Shown here: positions 11,819 through 23,427 of the stretch, piece after piece
Numbering within the stretch: the first letter of the stretch is position 1
Layout of the letters: the number at the start of each line of letters is the position of its first letter
Assembly: GCA_048213135.1 (NCBI GenBank)
Contig: PS015178.1
Coordinates: forward strand, 57,950-93,175
Length of the DNA: 35,226 nucleotides
Reading direction: 5' to 3'
Source of the DNA: Reclinomonas americana ATCC 50394
Lineage: Eukaryota
The notes under the pieces: model-generated
What the model was told of the DNA's origin: nothing
Database searches by the model: none
What the model saw: the letters and a program-made list of their open reading frames with translations, nothing else
Position numbers and translations under genes: made by a program

Positions 11819-12319
11819 GAGCACAGACGAGAGAGGGGAGAGGAGAGCAATGACTGTGAGCAGAGGAGAAAGAGTGAGTGTGCACACGAGAGAGGAAAGA
11901 GAGAGAGAGAGGTGGCTGCGGGGAACCAGGAGAGCAAAGGGGAATAGCAGGAGTGTGTGTGTGTGTGAGTGTGTGATAGAGAGAGAGGAGAGAGAGAGAG
12001 AGAGAGGAGGAGAGAGACAGAGGAGCAGAGACGAGAGAGGAGAGAAGAGAGCAATGACTGAGCAGAGGAGATGCACCAAGCGGAGTGATACACAATCACT
12101 CAATCACACAATGCACAATGCACAATGCACACTCTTGCCTCTCTCTCACACACACACTCTCTCACACACACTCACCGACTGCTGCACTGCGCTCGCCTGC
12201 TGCTGCTGTGCATCGACTGAGAACACACGCGATCTTGACCACATTGCACTCGACGAAGAAGAAGAGGTCATTGCCCACAAACGCGATGGACACGCACGAG
12301 CAAACACTCGCGACAACAT
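10290..12319 (-). CDS. MRPS5: Mitochondrial ribosomal protein uS5m
   Basis: Exons about 12319-12176 (MLSRVFARACPSRLWAM..., Arg/Ser-rich with no acidic residues in the first 34 aa, presequence-like), 11603-11316 (RVVEINRVTKVERGGRVMSANAVIVGGNNNGLGGFGFGK, uS5 N-domain), 10712-10518 (RNLRFVDRYENRTI...KLRPAKPASGI) and 10451-10290 (LGIQDLNSKIVGRRTQLNVVKATFKAL, uS5 C-domain). Confidence 0.88.
10785..11310. repeat. GT and CT microsatellite/low-complexity intron sequence
   Basis: (TG)n at about 10822-10855 and CT-rich runs through the uS5m intron. Confidence 0.85.
11615..12175. repeat. (GA)n/(CA)n microsatellites with a ~60-nt internal duplication in uS5m intron 1
   Basis: GAGACAGAGGAGCA.AGACGAGAGAGG...GAGAGCAATGACTG..AGCAGAGGAGA at about 11810-11869 and 12014-12071. 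Confidence 0.8.
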
Positions 12320-12405
12320 CTCACACACACACACACACACAAACACACAGAGAGACTGAGAGAGAGGACGCGCAAGAGGACACACTGTCGATTTTGTGTG
12401 TGTGA

Positions 12406-15063
12406 ATGCAGTGCAATGGGCTGCACCTTGCGCGACTGCCTGCACAGTGGCGTGTGCATGACTCCTCTGCTGCTCTCTCACTGCCACTGTGTGTGCAAGT
12501 GACAACAGAAGAGTTGCGCGCACTCATTGACACACACACATACGTGCCTCTCTGTCTCTGCCTGCAGCCTCTCTGGCCTGTGCAAGTCATGCTTGCAGAC
12601 TGTTATCAGNNNNNNNNNNNNNNNNNNNNCTCTCTCTTCTTCTCTCTTCCCCTTCTTCTTCTTCTTCTTGTTCTTCTTCCTCTTCTTCTTCTTCCTCTTG
12701 TTCTTCTCATTCTTCCTCTTCTCCTCCTCCTTCTCCTCCTTCTTTCTCTCTTCTTCTGCTTCTTCCCTTTGCCTTTCATCTTTCTCTTCCTTTGCTCACT
12801 TGTCTCTCTCTCGCAAACAGGGACGCCTTCCTGCGCGTTTCCATGCATCTGCAAGCACGACGCAGTGGAAGCTGCGGCAGTGTGCGCTGGCTGCAACAGC
12901 GCGTGGCACTTGTCAGTCGCTCAGTGCAAGGTTTCCACTGCTGTTGTTCTCTCTTGTTGTACACTGTTGTGTTGCTCACTGTGCGTTCATAGCGACCTCG
13001 GGTCAAGCAGTCGACTCGTTCTCATCGTCTGCGGTTGGCGCTGGCTCCTCGTCGGCCTCTGCTGTGGAGGCAGTCGAGGAGATTGGTGGCGCACAGTGTC
13101 TCTTGCGCTATGTTGCGTCCGACGACATCCTGCCGCAGTTGTCGCGTCTCGATGCTCATTGTGCTGTGACAGTTTGTCGGGGATCGCCCATCGTTGCACT
13201 GGTATGCAGCACACCTATGCTATCGCGCTGTTGAACACGATTCGCTGACTGTGCCTCCCGTAGGATGGCATGTCTGGCGCCGCTCGAGGGCACCTTCTTC
13301 CTCTTTGAGTTCCTCGGCAGTGAGCATGTGTACCACGAGCAGGAGCGCGACTTGGTGGCGTTTTTCCGCACGGCGACGGTCGATGTGGATGTGCTGGCGA
13401 CGTGTGCGGGAGCGGTGCCGGCGCAGAGTTGCGGAGACACGTTGTTGAGCATGTGCGTGAGTCAGTGGTGCTGATCCCGTGTGCGCGCGACAGTGTCCAC
13501 GGTGTGCGTCTACTCGTCGGTGGCCGACAAGTTCCAGATTCAAGTGCCGTCACTGTGGACGGTGAATGCGGAGACTGCGGCTGAAGCAGGTCCGATTGGC
13601 GATGTGTTTGCGTGTGAGGTGCGTTCTTGTCGATCCACGTGACATACATGATTGCGCGCTGCCCACTCACGTTGGTGCAGCTGAGGTCGGGTGTGGAGAT
13701 CACGGTCGGCCGCCTGTCGACGACGCTGTCGGACGACTTGCCACCTGGGTCGGCGTTGGTTTGTCGATCGGAACCCTTGTGTATCACTCCATCCCCAAGT
13801 CAGCCGACCTCACCTCCCTTCCGAATTTGCATGCAGGATGAGATTGTGATGCAGTGCATGACGGATTTCGAGGGCTTCGAGTTCCGACATGCAGAGCAGA
13901 TTGCGTGGTTTGCGGGCCGCCCCGACTCGTACTATATCACCGGAGCACTGGTACGGGAAATAAGGTGCTCGTGGGATTCCTCTCACGCTGACCTTGGAAT
14001 GCATCCACAGATCCCCGGCAAGACACTGTCGCTGTGGTGCACGCTGCGAGGGTGGGGTGCGTTGTGGTATGTCGCGTACTCGGCACACATTGCGTACTTT
14101 GAAGAATTTGCGCCGATCGCCGAGGCCGCGGCCATGTCATTCGCGTTCCTGGACGACGATGGTTGGCTCGCTTCCAACTGATTTGTGTTTTTTGTGCGAG
14201 CGACTTATTTGTGCAGCAGCCTCACGACCCATCAAGTACGAGAGAAAGGTCGCGCCCGCATTCACTCTCTCCGTTCCCGACGGCTTCACAGTGCTGGAGG
14301 CTGGCACTGGTCTCCTTGGCATGGATGAGGACGACGACGATGGTGCCGATGACCTCGCTAGGATGACTGTTGCGTGCGCTCGTCTCCCCCCCTCTTCAGT
14401 CACGCCGTTCGTTCACCGCGCTGCAGGATCCGTGCCACCTGGTCTCCTTTCTTGGCAACCTGCTGCTGCCATCTGCCGGCGTCATCTCGGTGCGTGTGTT
14501 TGTGCTGGCCTGTGCGTGTTTTTTTGTTGCTCAATCGTGATGCACCACAGGTCTCGCAAATTCTGCTGTTGGACGGCACGGTGCCGGCGGCAGGCGACGA
14601 TCATGTGACGGCGGCGATGAATGTGGCGGCCAGACACGTGTCGCAGCAAGGTGGCGTGCGTGAGGTGGCGCGCGTGGCTGCGTCGGAGATTCGCGGCTTT
14701 GATTTTGAGGTTTCGTCTGCTTGGTGATGGCGGTGATGGTCTTCGTTGTTCATGGTTCACCCGCAGCTCAAGTTTGCCAGTGCCCCCCATCACTCGACGC
14801 TTGTGCTGGTGAGTTTTGTTGCACCAGAGATGCAGACGTGTACTCGGACCTCACGCTTCTCATTTTCCGCTCAGGGAGCATTCTCCGGAGATCACAAGAC
14901 GCTGCTGCTCGTGCAGTACTCGGCAGATGAAGTTGCGTGCATCTCTCTCTCTTTGTGCTGGAGTCCCGTCGTGAACTCACTCCCTTCCTTGCAGAGCGCC
15001 CAAATGCTCAGCGAAGACGCGATAAGAGAACAGTCGCTGAGCACGTTTGCTTGGAGTGAATAA
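12406..15063 (+). CDS. Multi-exon hypothetical protein, possibly with tandem PsbP/Mog1/DcrB-like alpha/beta repeats
   Basis: Phase-consistent exon chain, e.g. AQCLLRY|FVGDRPSLHW|MACLAPLEGTFFLFEF and ARMT|DPCHLVSF...|VSQILLLDG...ADE|SAQMLSEDAIREQSLSTFAWSE*. The 5' exons and start codon are uncertain because of the gap at 12610-12629. The fold call is pattern inference only. Confidence 0.6.
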
Positions 15064-15133
15064 TAACAGTGCATTAGTTCTTCTTCTTCTTCTTCTTGGT
15101 TGCCTTCAAAACACTGTGCAGACAGCTAGCTCC

Positions 15134-17628
15134 TCACAGCTCAGCAGCCGGGGCTGCAGCTGCATCCGACGCTGCACCACTGCCTTCTGCCACGCTCGCA
15201 GCCATCACCACGCCCGACTGTGCGCCATCAGTCCTGGAGATGGTCACGGAGGAGGCCGCCGCAGCAGAGGCGCTGCCGGCGTCCACCGAGAGCGCCACCA
15301 TGCTCTCATCGGTCACCTGCGTCACGCCGACAACCACCACTGGCGGTTCGCCAGCTGCCACAGCCTCCGCCTCCCCCGCAGCCACGGCTGCCGCATCGTC
15401 GGAGCGCCACTCTTCCAACACAAAGGTCTCACCGTGGCGGGTCTACGACGGGACGACCAAATGTCAGCGCGCACTCGCACGTGGGGTGACTGGCGGTGCA
15501 ACACGCAACTGTGATGAAAGCGTCCTCCGCCAAGCCGTACGCTGCCGCCGCCTCGCGCACCTTGATCGGCGGCTCGTGGGTGTCCTCCAGCGAGAGATTG
15601 AAGGTGCCCCAGTGAATGCCCAGTGATCGTCGAGCACGAAGGTCAATGTGCATGCGCACGGCCTCCTCCGGATCGACGTGCTGCGGCGCGAGGAAGCTAT
15701 GTCACACAAAGTCTGTGAGTCGGCACTCAATGCATGGAGCACGAGAGGGGGACGACGCGAAACTGCCGCGGGCAATACGCTCCGATCGGAATGAGGGCCA
15801 GATCGAACGGGCCAAAGCGGTCGCCGACTGTGACAACGTCATTCAGCGTGAAGCGTGACCACCACACATAATACAAAGAAAGCGACGCTCAACTGTGCTT
15901 GAATTCGGAGCAGTAGCCAGTGTCGCCGGCAAAGTACATGCGCAGAGACGGCCAGTCGGGCAGCTGTGGAGGGATGTTCGGCGCGGCGCCGGAATCGCCT
16001 TGACCGCCAGTGTTTCTCGACACTGCGCGGCAGCGTGAGGCACATGGCGTGAGGCTAATGCAACAAGAGTTCACGCACACGTCGGAGCGGCCACCAGTCC
16101 GAAACCGTCAATGCCATGTGGAATACGCACGACCCAGCCTGCGCAGGGTGGGGGAAAGTGAGCTCCAAGATGACAGATCACTGTGTTGCGTAAGGCGCAC
16201 CACTCCACAGTGTCTTGTCCTTGTCGCGCTGTGACACACAGCATTGATGAGGCGCAAGACTGGGGGCAAGACACCACAATCTGTGCACGTACCAGTCCGC
16301 GTCGACTCCAATGCTGCGCCGGCACGCACACAATCTCGACCGGGAAATGGCTCTCGTCAATGGTCTCGGGCACGATAATGTGACTCTCGTACCAGCCAAG
16401 CTCGATAATGCTAAGAGAAGGAGTATATCAGCAGCTGCATTCATCGCACTTTGTGGAGAAAGAGACACACCGTTGCTGCAATGGAGAGTCACAGTGAGTG
16501 CGGGGTGAGCATGAGCGACGACGACAAGTCAATCCTCACCTTCTCGACTCCGCACTCGGCAATGACTGCGCCCAGCTTCAGCGGCACAAAGTACAGCGGC
16601 TTGTGGTGCTCCTCGATCACGCGAATCGACTTGGTGTCCAAGTGGTCGTAGTGGTTGTGCGAGATGCACACGGCGTGTACTGGGGGCAGATCGGCAATCT
16701 CCACCGGTGGCAACACGTAACGCTTCGGACCCTGTCACCATTCGATGAGCATAACAAGCAGCTCGATGTACCAAAGCAAGGGGAGGGGGAGGCACGCAAC
16801 AAACATCTGCGACGGCGACGCACGCATGCTCCACACTGCAACGGTCTACATAAGCAACTCGAAACCGAAATCACGAAAGAAAGAGGAGAGCGCACCCGGA
16901 TCCGTGAGAATGCTAAAGCCAGCCATTTGCACAAAGGCGGTCGCATGCCCGATCCAGGTGCACTGTATACACAGACAGCGACACATGTCATGATCTCCGC
17001 GTCATGCTCGCACGCGCGCAAACTCCGCGGCGAGTGACCGACAGACCTGCACCCCGCGAAGTGGCGGACTCTCCAGCTGCATCGAGTCGATCTCCGCCAC
17101 CGAGTGATGCCTCTCAATGTGCTCCTCCGACGGGTTCCGACGAAACACAAACTGTGTGTGTGTGGAGAGTGAATGAGCAGATGCCGCGAGAAAAGAGAGG
17201 CGCAAAAGTGACACACCTTGGTCATGGTGCCCAGCTGCACAACACACAGACACGCACACATATGTGAGTTGTGAGGGCACGCACGCAGTGTCGACGAGTG
17301 AGTTACGAAACGTTCTTCAAGATCTGCACATCGCGCCACTGTGTGCCACGAAACAGAGTCAATAAACGCAACAAAAGCTCACTCTCTTCTCCACTCACAC
17401 ACACACACACCGTTGGCCACGGGTTCACAAAGTGCACTCCCGATGGCTTTGTGTAAGACTCGCGACCTGTGCGCACCGTGTCAGCAACACAATCACACAC
17501 AAAGACACTCACTCACACAGAGAGAACATGCCTGTGATTGGCGATCGCAGAACCTGCTCGGGATCAAAGCCCACCAGTTGCTCAATGGCAAAACCAGCGC
17601 TTTGACCCGACCCTGTCGCACTTTGCAT
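15134..17628 (-). CDS. NAPEPLD: NAPE-PLD-like metallo-beta-lactamase-fold phospholipase D with Ala/Ser/Glu-rich C-terminal tail
   Basis: Spliced motifs: FVNPWPT, TWIGHAT, ILTDPVWSMRASPSQMFGPKRY, ISHNHYDHLD (HxHxDH), VPAQHWSRRG, YFAGDTGY, IGDRFGPFDLALIPIGAYCPR, QHVDPEEAV, GIHWGTFNLSLE, RHGET. Likely ATG at 17628. Confidence 0.9.
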
Positions 17629-17708
17629 TGAAAAGAGAAAGAAGATGAGAGTGAGATCCGGCATGAAAATCTGTCATGCACTTGTCGTGTTTGTGTGTTT
17701 TCGCGCCC
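17629..17708. promoter_or_regulatory. Putative 80-nt bidirectional promoter between NAPEPLD and the CENP-Q-like gene
   Basis: Divergent ATGs at 17628 (-) and 17709 (+). An E2F-like TTTCGCGC lies at 17699-17706. Confidence 0.5.
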
Positions 17709-19258
17709 ATGAACGACGACGATGATGGGGATGAGGTGATGAGTGGTGGAGGAGAGATCGATGGTGATTATGAAGAGGAAGAGGTGATGAGTGGAGCGGG
17801 AAGTGCGCCTGCAGGTGAGCAGTCGCGCAACACGTTGCATTCTCCTTGTGCTCATTCTCTGGTAGGCGATGAGCTGAGTGTGCACAGTGGTCCTGTGGAT
17901 GCTGCTGCTGCTGATGATGATGATGAGGTGATGTGGAGCAAGACATTGTCACCGCGCAGACGGCGACGGAGACGGAAGACGGCGGTGAAAGTTGTGTGCA
18001 TGCATGTCGGAGGAGTGGAGGTGTGATCATCTCATGCGCGTGTCTACAGGCAGTGGTGATTGTGACGCCCATGGGTGATGCAGAGAGGCCGCGAGTGGCG
18101 CCACCACCACCGCCACCGCCTCCTGCTGCTCCTGTGCAGCCAGTGACTCGTGAAGAATACGAACGCAGTTGCGCGTTTCATGTGCGTGTGTGGCATGCAT
18201 GCAACGCCCGCTGGTGCTCACTATGATTGCTCGCAAGTGGTTGCTGCGTTGCCGGCCTCCACGCGGGCGCGATGGAAACCGCTGCCGGAGAAGACGCAGC
18301 GGTCGGTGCTGGCCGATGTGCGCAAGACGTGCTTGCCGTTGCGTCTTTTCTCCGTCGTGGTGTCGTCTTGTGCAGGTGCCGATTGCCCTTCGCTTGTGCA
18401 CAGGCATGTGCTGTCGCGAGTGGCCGTGCCGCGTCGTCGCAAGGCCAGGGAGGCCACGGAGCGCATTTTGACGCGCTTTGCACGCTCCATGGCCAGCATG
18501 CTGGTGGCGCCGCGACCGAGTGGCTTTGACTACTCCTCGGCTCGAGCAAAGATGGTGTGTGTTTGTATGTGTGAGTCTCGCTTCTTGCAGCGCAGCGCTA
18601 ACACGGGTGTGGATGGATGTAGGCGGCTATGACAGCCACTCTGGGTGAGAGTGCCGCCGAGTTGCAGGCGTTGCGTGCGGCGGTGGAGAGCGAGCAGCTG
18701 GCGGTGGAGGAGACGGCGGAGAATCTGCGCCAGTATGCGGCCTCCATGGCGCGGTGGGAGTGCCCGCCGGCCAGGACTGAGGTCTGCTGTTGGCAACAAC
18801 GACTGTCAACCACTTCTTCTTTGTTGCTGACAAGGCCAGCGTGGTACAGATGCATGCCGTGGTGCGTGAGAGCAACATGCAGGAGCTGTTTGAGCGCGCC
18901 AAGTCGGTGCCGAGGAGTGCACTCGACACGGGTGGTTACAGAGTTGAGGACACTCCAACTCTTGGGTAGATTTAACCATGTGCGCTCACTTGCCAAGTGG
19001 TGTGCAGGAATCGGACGACGAAGAGCTGCAGGAGCTGCGACTGTCACTCGTCTCCTCCCTGCGGTGCCTGGAGGCTGCCATGCTACCGTGCGTCGCCTCT
19101 TTGCTCCCTTCCTCCGCTATTCTCTCCCAGCTCACGTCGCCCGCAGAATGGTGCCTGTGCTGCACGCGCTAGAGGAGCGCCTGGCGGGCACGGATGAACA
19201 GCTGGTGGACATTGAGGCGGGCGAGGACGGTGGAGGCGATCAAGACAGCGAGACATGA
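17709..19258 (+). CDS. Probable inner-kinetochore CCAN subunit CENP-Q/Okp1-like protein
   Basis: Acidic/basic disordered N-terminus, then ARWKPLPEKTQRSV...RRRKAREATERILTRFARSMASMLVAPRPSGFDYSSARAKM followed by a coiled coil (LQALRAAVESEQLAVEETAENLRQY). This resembles the W-x-P-L...P...F(D/E)Y + coiled-coil pattern I recall for CENP-Q. Not confirmed by search. Confidence 0.55.
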
Positions 19259-19282
19259 AAGTAATGCAAAAGTGTACAGTGC

Positions 19283-20202
19283 TCAGTTCTCGCCGGCCTC
19301 CCACACCTCGCGAATGGCCTCGGCATTCGCCTCGCCCATCCAGTCGCCCTGATCGGGGCGTGCCAGCTCCGGTGGAATGGAGCGACGGCCGCCCACGCGC
19401 AGCAGCGCCTTGACCACGCGCGCCTCGGGATCACTAGTCACTTCTTCCGACATGACGGCGGCGAGGAGCGGCCACTGCCCCATGCGCTCGTCGTCGTCTT
19501 CACTGCGATTGCGGAGGGCGTCGGGCGGCACCACATTCTCCGCCGTGGCGATCACCTCGATAATCTGCACCGCACTTGCCGCCTCGGCCTCGTCCAGGCA
19601 GAAGCCACTGATGGCCGCCAGCAGCGGCGTGTTGTTGAGCGGCGTCCGGTAGTCGCGGTTGGCGCCGAGTGCCAGCAGCCGGCGCACAATGACCACGTGC
19701 CCGGCACAGGCCGCTCGCATCAGTGGCGTCCAGAACAGCGTCTCCAGGTTGGTCTCTGGCTCGTACGTGACGCCCGTCGGGTACAGCTCGTTGGGTGGAC
19801 CCTCCTCCTCGCCCGACGCATCCAGCTCGCTCTCCGGGTAGGGCTCGTTGACGCCGCCGACCACATGCCCAATGTTATCCAGTGGCTCCTCGTAGCACTT
19901 TTGCACTGCCGCGAAGGCTTCGCGAGGCAGCATGGTGCAGTCGACCGGCACGTTCTGTGTCTACACGTGGATGTTAGTGTGGGAAGCAAGAACGGGCACA
20001 ACACGGTAAAGACGCACCACAACAAGAGCGTTGACTTGCGCCAGGTCGTTTCGCAGCACGGCACGGTGCAGCAGAATGGCATTGCGATTGGCAAATCGCT
20101 GTGCACACCAAGAGTCAGCAGGCATGCACGTGCGCATTCATCGTTGCTCTCTCACACCTGCACGATCTCCATGAGGATCTCTTCGGAATCAGGGCCCTCC
20201 AT
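19283..20202 (-). CDS. Ankyrin-repeat protein
   Basis: Exons MEGPDSEEILMEIVQ | RFANRNAILLHRAVLRNDLAQ | a large last exon with TPLMRAACAGHVVIVRRLLALGA, TPLLAAIS and WPLLAAV...VVKALLRVG. Confidence 0.8.
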
Positions 20203-20340
20203 TCTCGCTACTCTCTCTTCTCTCTCACACACAAGCAAGAAAAACGATGTTGTCGATCAATTGTCGACATCGACCCCAATGCATTTCTGACCATGTCGAT
20301 GTCGACTGCATGTTTTTCTTCACTGATGCCCCCAAGTCGA

Positions 20341-21986
20341 TCACAACCGTAGATTACGAAGCGCCGTTACCGGCCGATTTAGTGTGGGCGGGATCGGCAG
20401 CAGCCAGCACAGGATGCAGTCGGAGCCTAGCACGGAGCGATAGTTGCGCATAAAGCCGACGTTGTACTGGTGCGCGGCCCAGGTGCGTCGGTAGCCGGTG
20501 GCGTCGGTGTCGTTGGCCGACTTCATCGCCAGCGCGTCAATGGTGGTGACATTGTAGGCCAGCATGCACAGGTGCCGAATGAAAAAGTATGTCAGCAGCG
20601 CGCACAGGGCCAGCGTCAACACGCTGGCCACCACCAGATGCACGGCCTGGAACACGTCGGGCAGTTCGTCGGTGCTGACGGCTCGTGTCTGCGCACACGT
20701 GCACTAGTGTGAGTCGAACAGGAGATGTACCCACAGTCACAGGTGCCTGACACCGACACTGACCAGCATGGACAGGGTGTCGAGTGTCACCGGCAGCATG
20801 GTGCCACCCATCCACCCGCACAGCAACGCCGTGTACAACACGGTGAGCAGGAAAAACTTGTGGTTGCGCAAGCCGATGCACTGCCCGACCCACATGCAGT
20901 GGTGATCCATGCGCAGAATGCACACGTCGCACGTGGAGCAGTGGTGGGTGCGGTCGGGTTTGATCTCGTGGCAGCGAAGGCACACTTTCGGGTCGAACAG
21001 CACGCCCAACAAGCTGCTGACGAATGGCAGCACGTCGTTTTGTGCCTTGTTATTGCCACCACTCTGTCCGGGCAGCAGCGGGGAGGAAGCGGCGGCCGCG
21101 CCGTCACTTGCCGACAGAGCTCCACTTGGCGGCCGTTTTCTAGCATGCGGCGGAGAAAAGTCAGAGTCGTGATACCCTTGTCTCCAGCTCTGCACGCACA
21201 CACGCGCGCACGCACCTGGGTGCTTGTGGACGATCATTTGTCGGATGCACTGGTCGGCCCGGCGACACCAGTGCCGCCATCCAGTACGACCACTCGAACA
21301 GCAGCAAAATGGCACCGCCGACAGAGATGCGCACAATGCACCATGCCTGCTCGCACCCACGAAAGAGAGAGAAATAGGTGAGGGCAGTGCGGGGAAACAG
21401 CGACGAGCACTCACTCGGAGGAGGCGCGTGCTCGGAAATGATTGAGTTCGACATGTCGCGCGCGCGAAAAATACACACACAAACACACACAGGGACAAGT
21501 GCACTCTCTCTCAGTGTGTGGAGGGCGATGATGACGACGATTGTGATGCGCGCGCACATCCACTCGGAGAGAGAGAGCGAGGCGAATCACCATCAATCAT
21601 CTTGCTTTCGCGCGCCAAAATCCTTGTTTTCCGCGCCATGACTGAATCTCGGCCTTGTTTCTTTCCTCTCTTCTTCCCCACCCTCTCCCACCCCCTACCA
21701 CCACCCCTCGTTACCGTCAGTGGCAGTGCCGGTCGAGGATCGCCCACCTCGTGCACCAAGTGTGGCAACACGGTGTACATGACATAGACACACACGCCGT
21801 ACAGCAGCACCAGGTGGGCCAGACACATGCCGAGCACGTTGATCGTCGACTGTCTCCGTGGTCTGTGTCGCGCAGCGTGGGCGACAGAAAGCGTGCAGCA
21901 GGAGTGAGAGAGACGAGAGAGAGAGAGGAAGATCACAATGCCGACAATCACCGTGGAGGCAGAAGACCAAGTGGCCGGTGACCCAT
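20341..21986 (-). CDS. DHHC palmitoyltransferase (copy 1)
   Basis: CLRCHEIKPDRTHHCSTCDVCILRMDHHCMWVGQCIGLRNHKFFL Cys-rich domain, four hydrophobic TM-like segments, SPG after TM2, NVTTID and YNVG...N...VLG C-terminal motifs. ATG at 21986 (MGHRPLGLLPPR). Confidence 0.9.
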
Positions 21987-22115
21987 GAGCGGAACTCACG
22001 CACACAACAACTCTCCACACACAACGCCCACTCCCGACAGACGCACACACACAGCCAGCAGAAGCAACAACGCCGACGCGGGACAAACCACATACCGGGG
22101 ATGGTGCCATTTACT

Positions 22116-23427
22116 TCAAGACGGCACATCCAAGTGGCGAGGCAGCGCGTCAGCAGTCGCCGGCAGCCCTGGAGGCACCACCAGAAGCCACGTCCAGTAC
22201 CGCGAACCAAACACTTGCTTGTAGTTCTCCACCCACGACCTCGGCGGCTGACAATCCCACGAGCGCCTTCGGCCGTCGGACTCACCCGCCTCGCGCAAGC
22301 GGTTCATCTCACCGGTCGTGAGATCGTGCGCCAGCATGTGCAAGTGTCGGCGCAGGAACATGCACACCACGCACGCCAGAGACAGCGTGAGGAGTTCCAC
22401 CAGCAGCACGTTCACCAGGCGACCCGGATTAATGAGTCGACGGTGACGGCTGACACGCTGCGTTCGGCGCGTGAGACACATCACAGATGCACATACATAC
22501 ACACTGTGTCGACTCACCTGCCCGTGCAGCACATCGACCAAGTCCGGCAGCAGCGTCACCGCCATCCACACCGTGGTCACTTGCACGTAAAACACCAGCA
22601 GCACAAAGTACTTGTGGTTGAACAGGCCGACACAGTTGCCGATCCAGAAGCAGTGGTGATCGTAGCGCACACTGCACACGTCACAGTGTCGACAGTGATG
22701 TGTGCGCGCACGCTTGATCTCGTGGCAGCGCACACACAGCGTGCTGATCGGCTGCCCGTTCATCATCTTTTTGTGAAAGTGCTCGGCCAGCTTGCAATCG
22801 TCAATCAGCACATCGTGCAGCTGCTCCATGCGCTCGACCACCGTCGACCCTGCCGCCTCCTTGGCCGCGCCCACCTCCGCATCCAGCACCGCCAGCGGCT
22901 CGCCCGGCAACATGTTGCGCACCTTGGCATACGCGCGATCCAGCGTGCTGATCAAATCAAAATGCGGCGGCCTTCCCGGCGACATCCACGCCGACATGAC
23001 ATACGCCAGCTCCAGCGATCCCACCAGCAGCACCGTGATCACCGAGCGCGCAATCGTCCAGCCCTACCTCACCACGAGCACATGAGGAGACAGCAACATG
23101 AGAAAGGGAGGAAAGAGGATGTGGTTTGCCGCAACTCTCCACGTCGTGCTCGGATGCGCGTACCACGACGGAATGATGCCCTCCACCACATACACCACTG
23201 TGCAGTACACAATCGCCGCCTGTGCCAGTGACATGAAGGCCACGTTTTGCAGCGGGAACAGGCGCTCTCTGCAGACACCAGACACCAGTCAGTGTCTCTT
23301 CCTTTTTCTCACACTCTCAGTTGTCTTACCGCTGCGGGAGGAGGCCTATTGGAGGATACGAGCTCGGCCTCGGCTTCTTCTTGTGCTCCTTCTCATCGTC
23401 GTCGTCGTCGTCTCCGCCGCCCTTCAT
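22116..23427 (-). CDS. DHHC palmitoyltransferase (copy 2)
   Basis: CVRCHEIKRARTHHCRHCDVCSVRYDHHCFWIGNCVGLFNHKYF, SPG, DLTTGE and NYKQVFG motifs. Exon 1 is MKGGGDDDDDDEK...PPIGLLPQR from ATG 23427 with a CG|GTAAGA donor. Confidence 0.9.

Noticed and set aside
17515-17532. Possible GC-AG introns (CAG|GCATGT in NAPEPLD; G|GCAAGC near 30766 in SPT6)
   Set aside because: In both cases a nearby GT donor in the same phase also works, so this cannot be decided without transcripts.
21858-23231. 457-aa + strand ORF and many other long ORFs in the track
   Set aside because: These are antisense or alternative-frame shadows of GC-rich exons (here DHHC2), or read-through of microsatellites and N-gaps, with no recognisable motifs.
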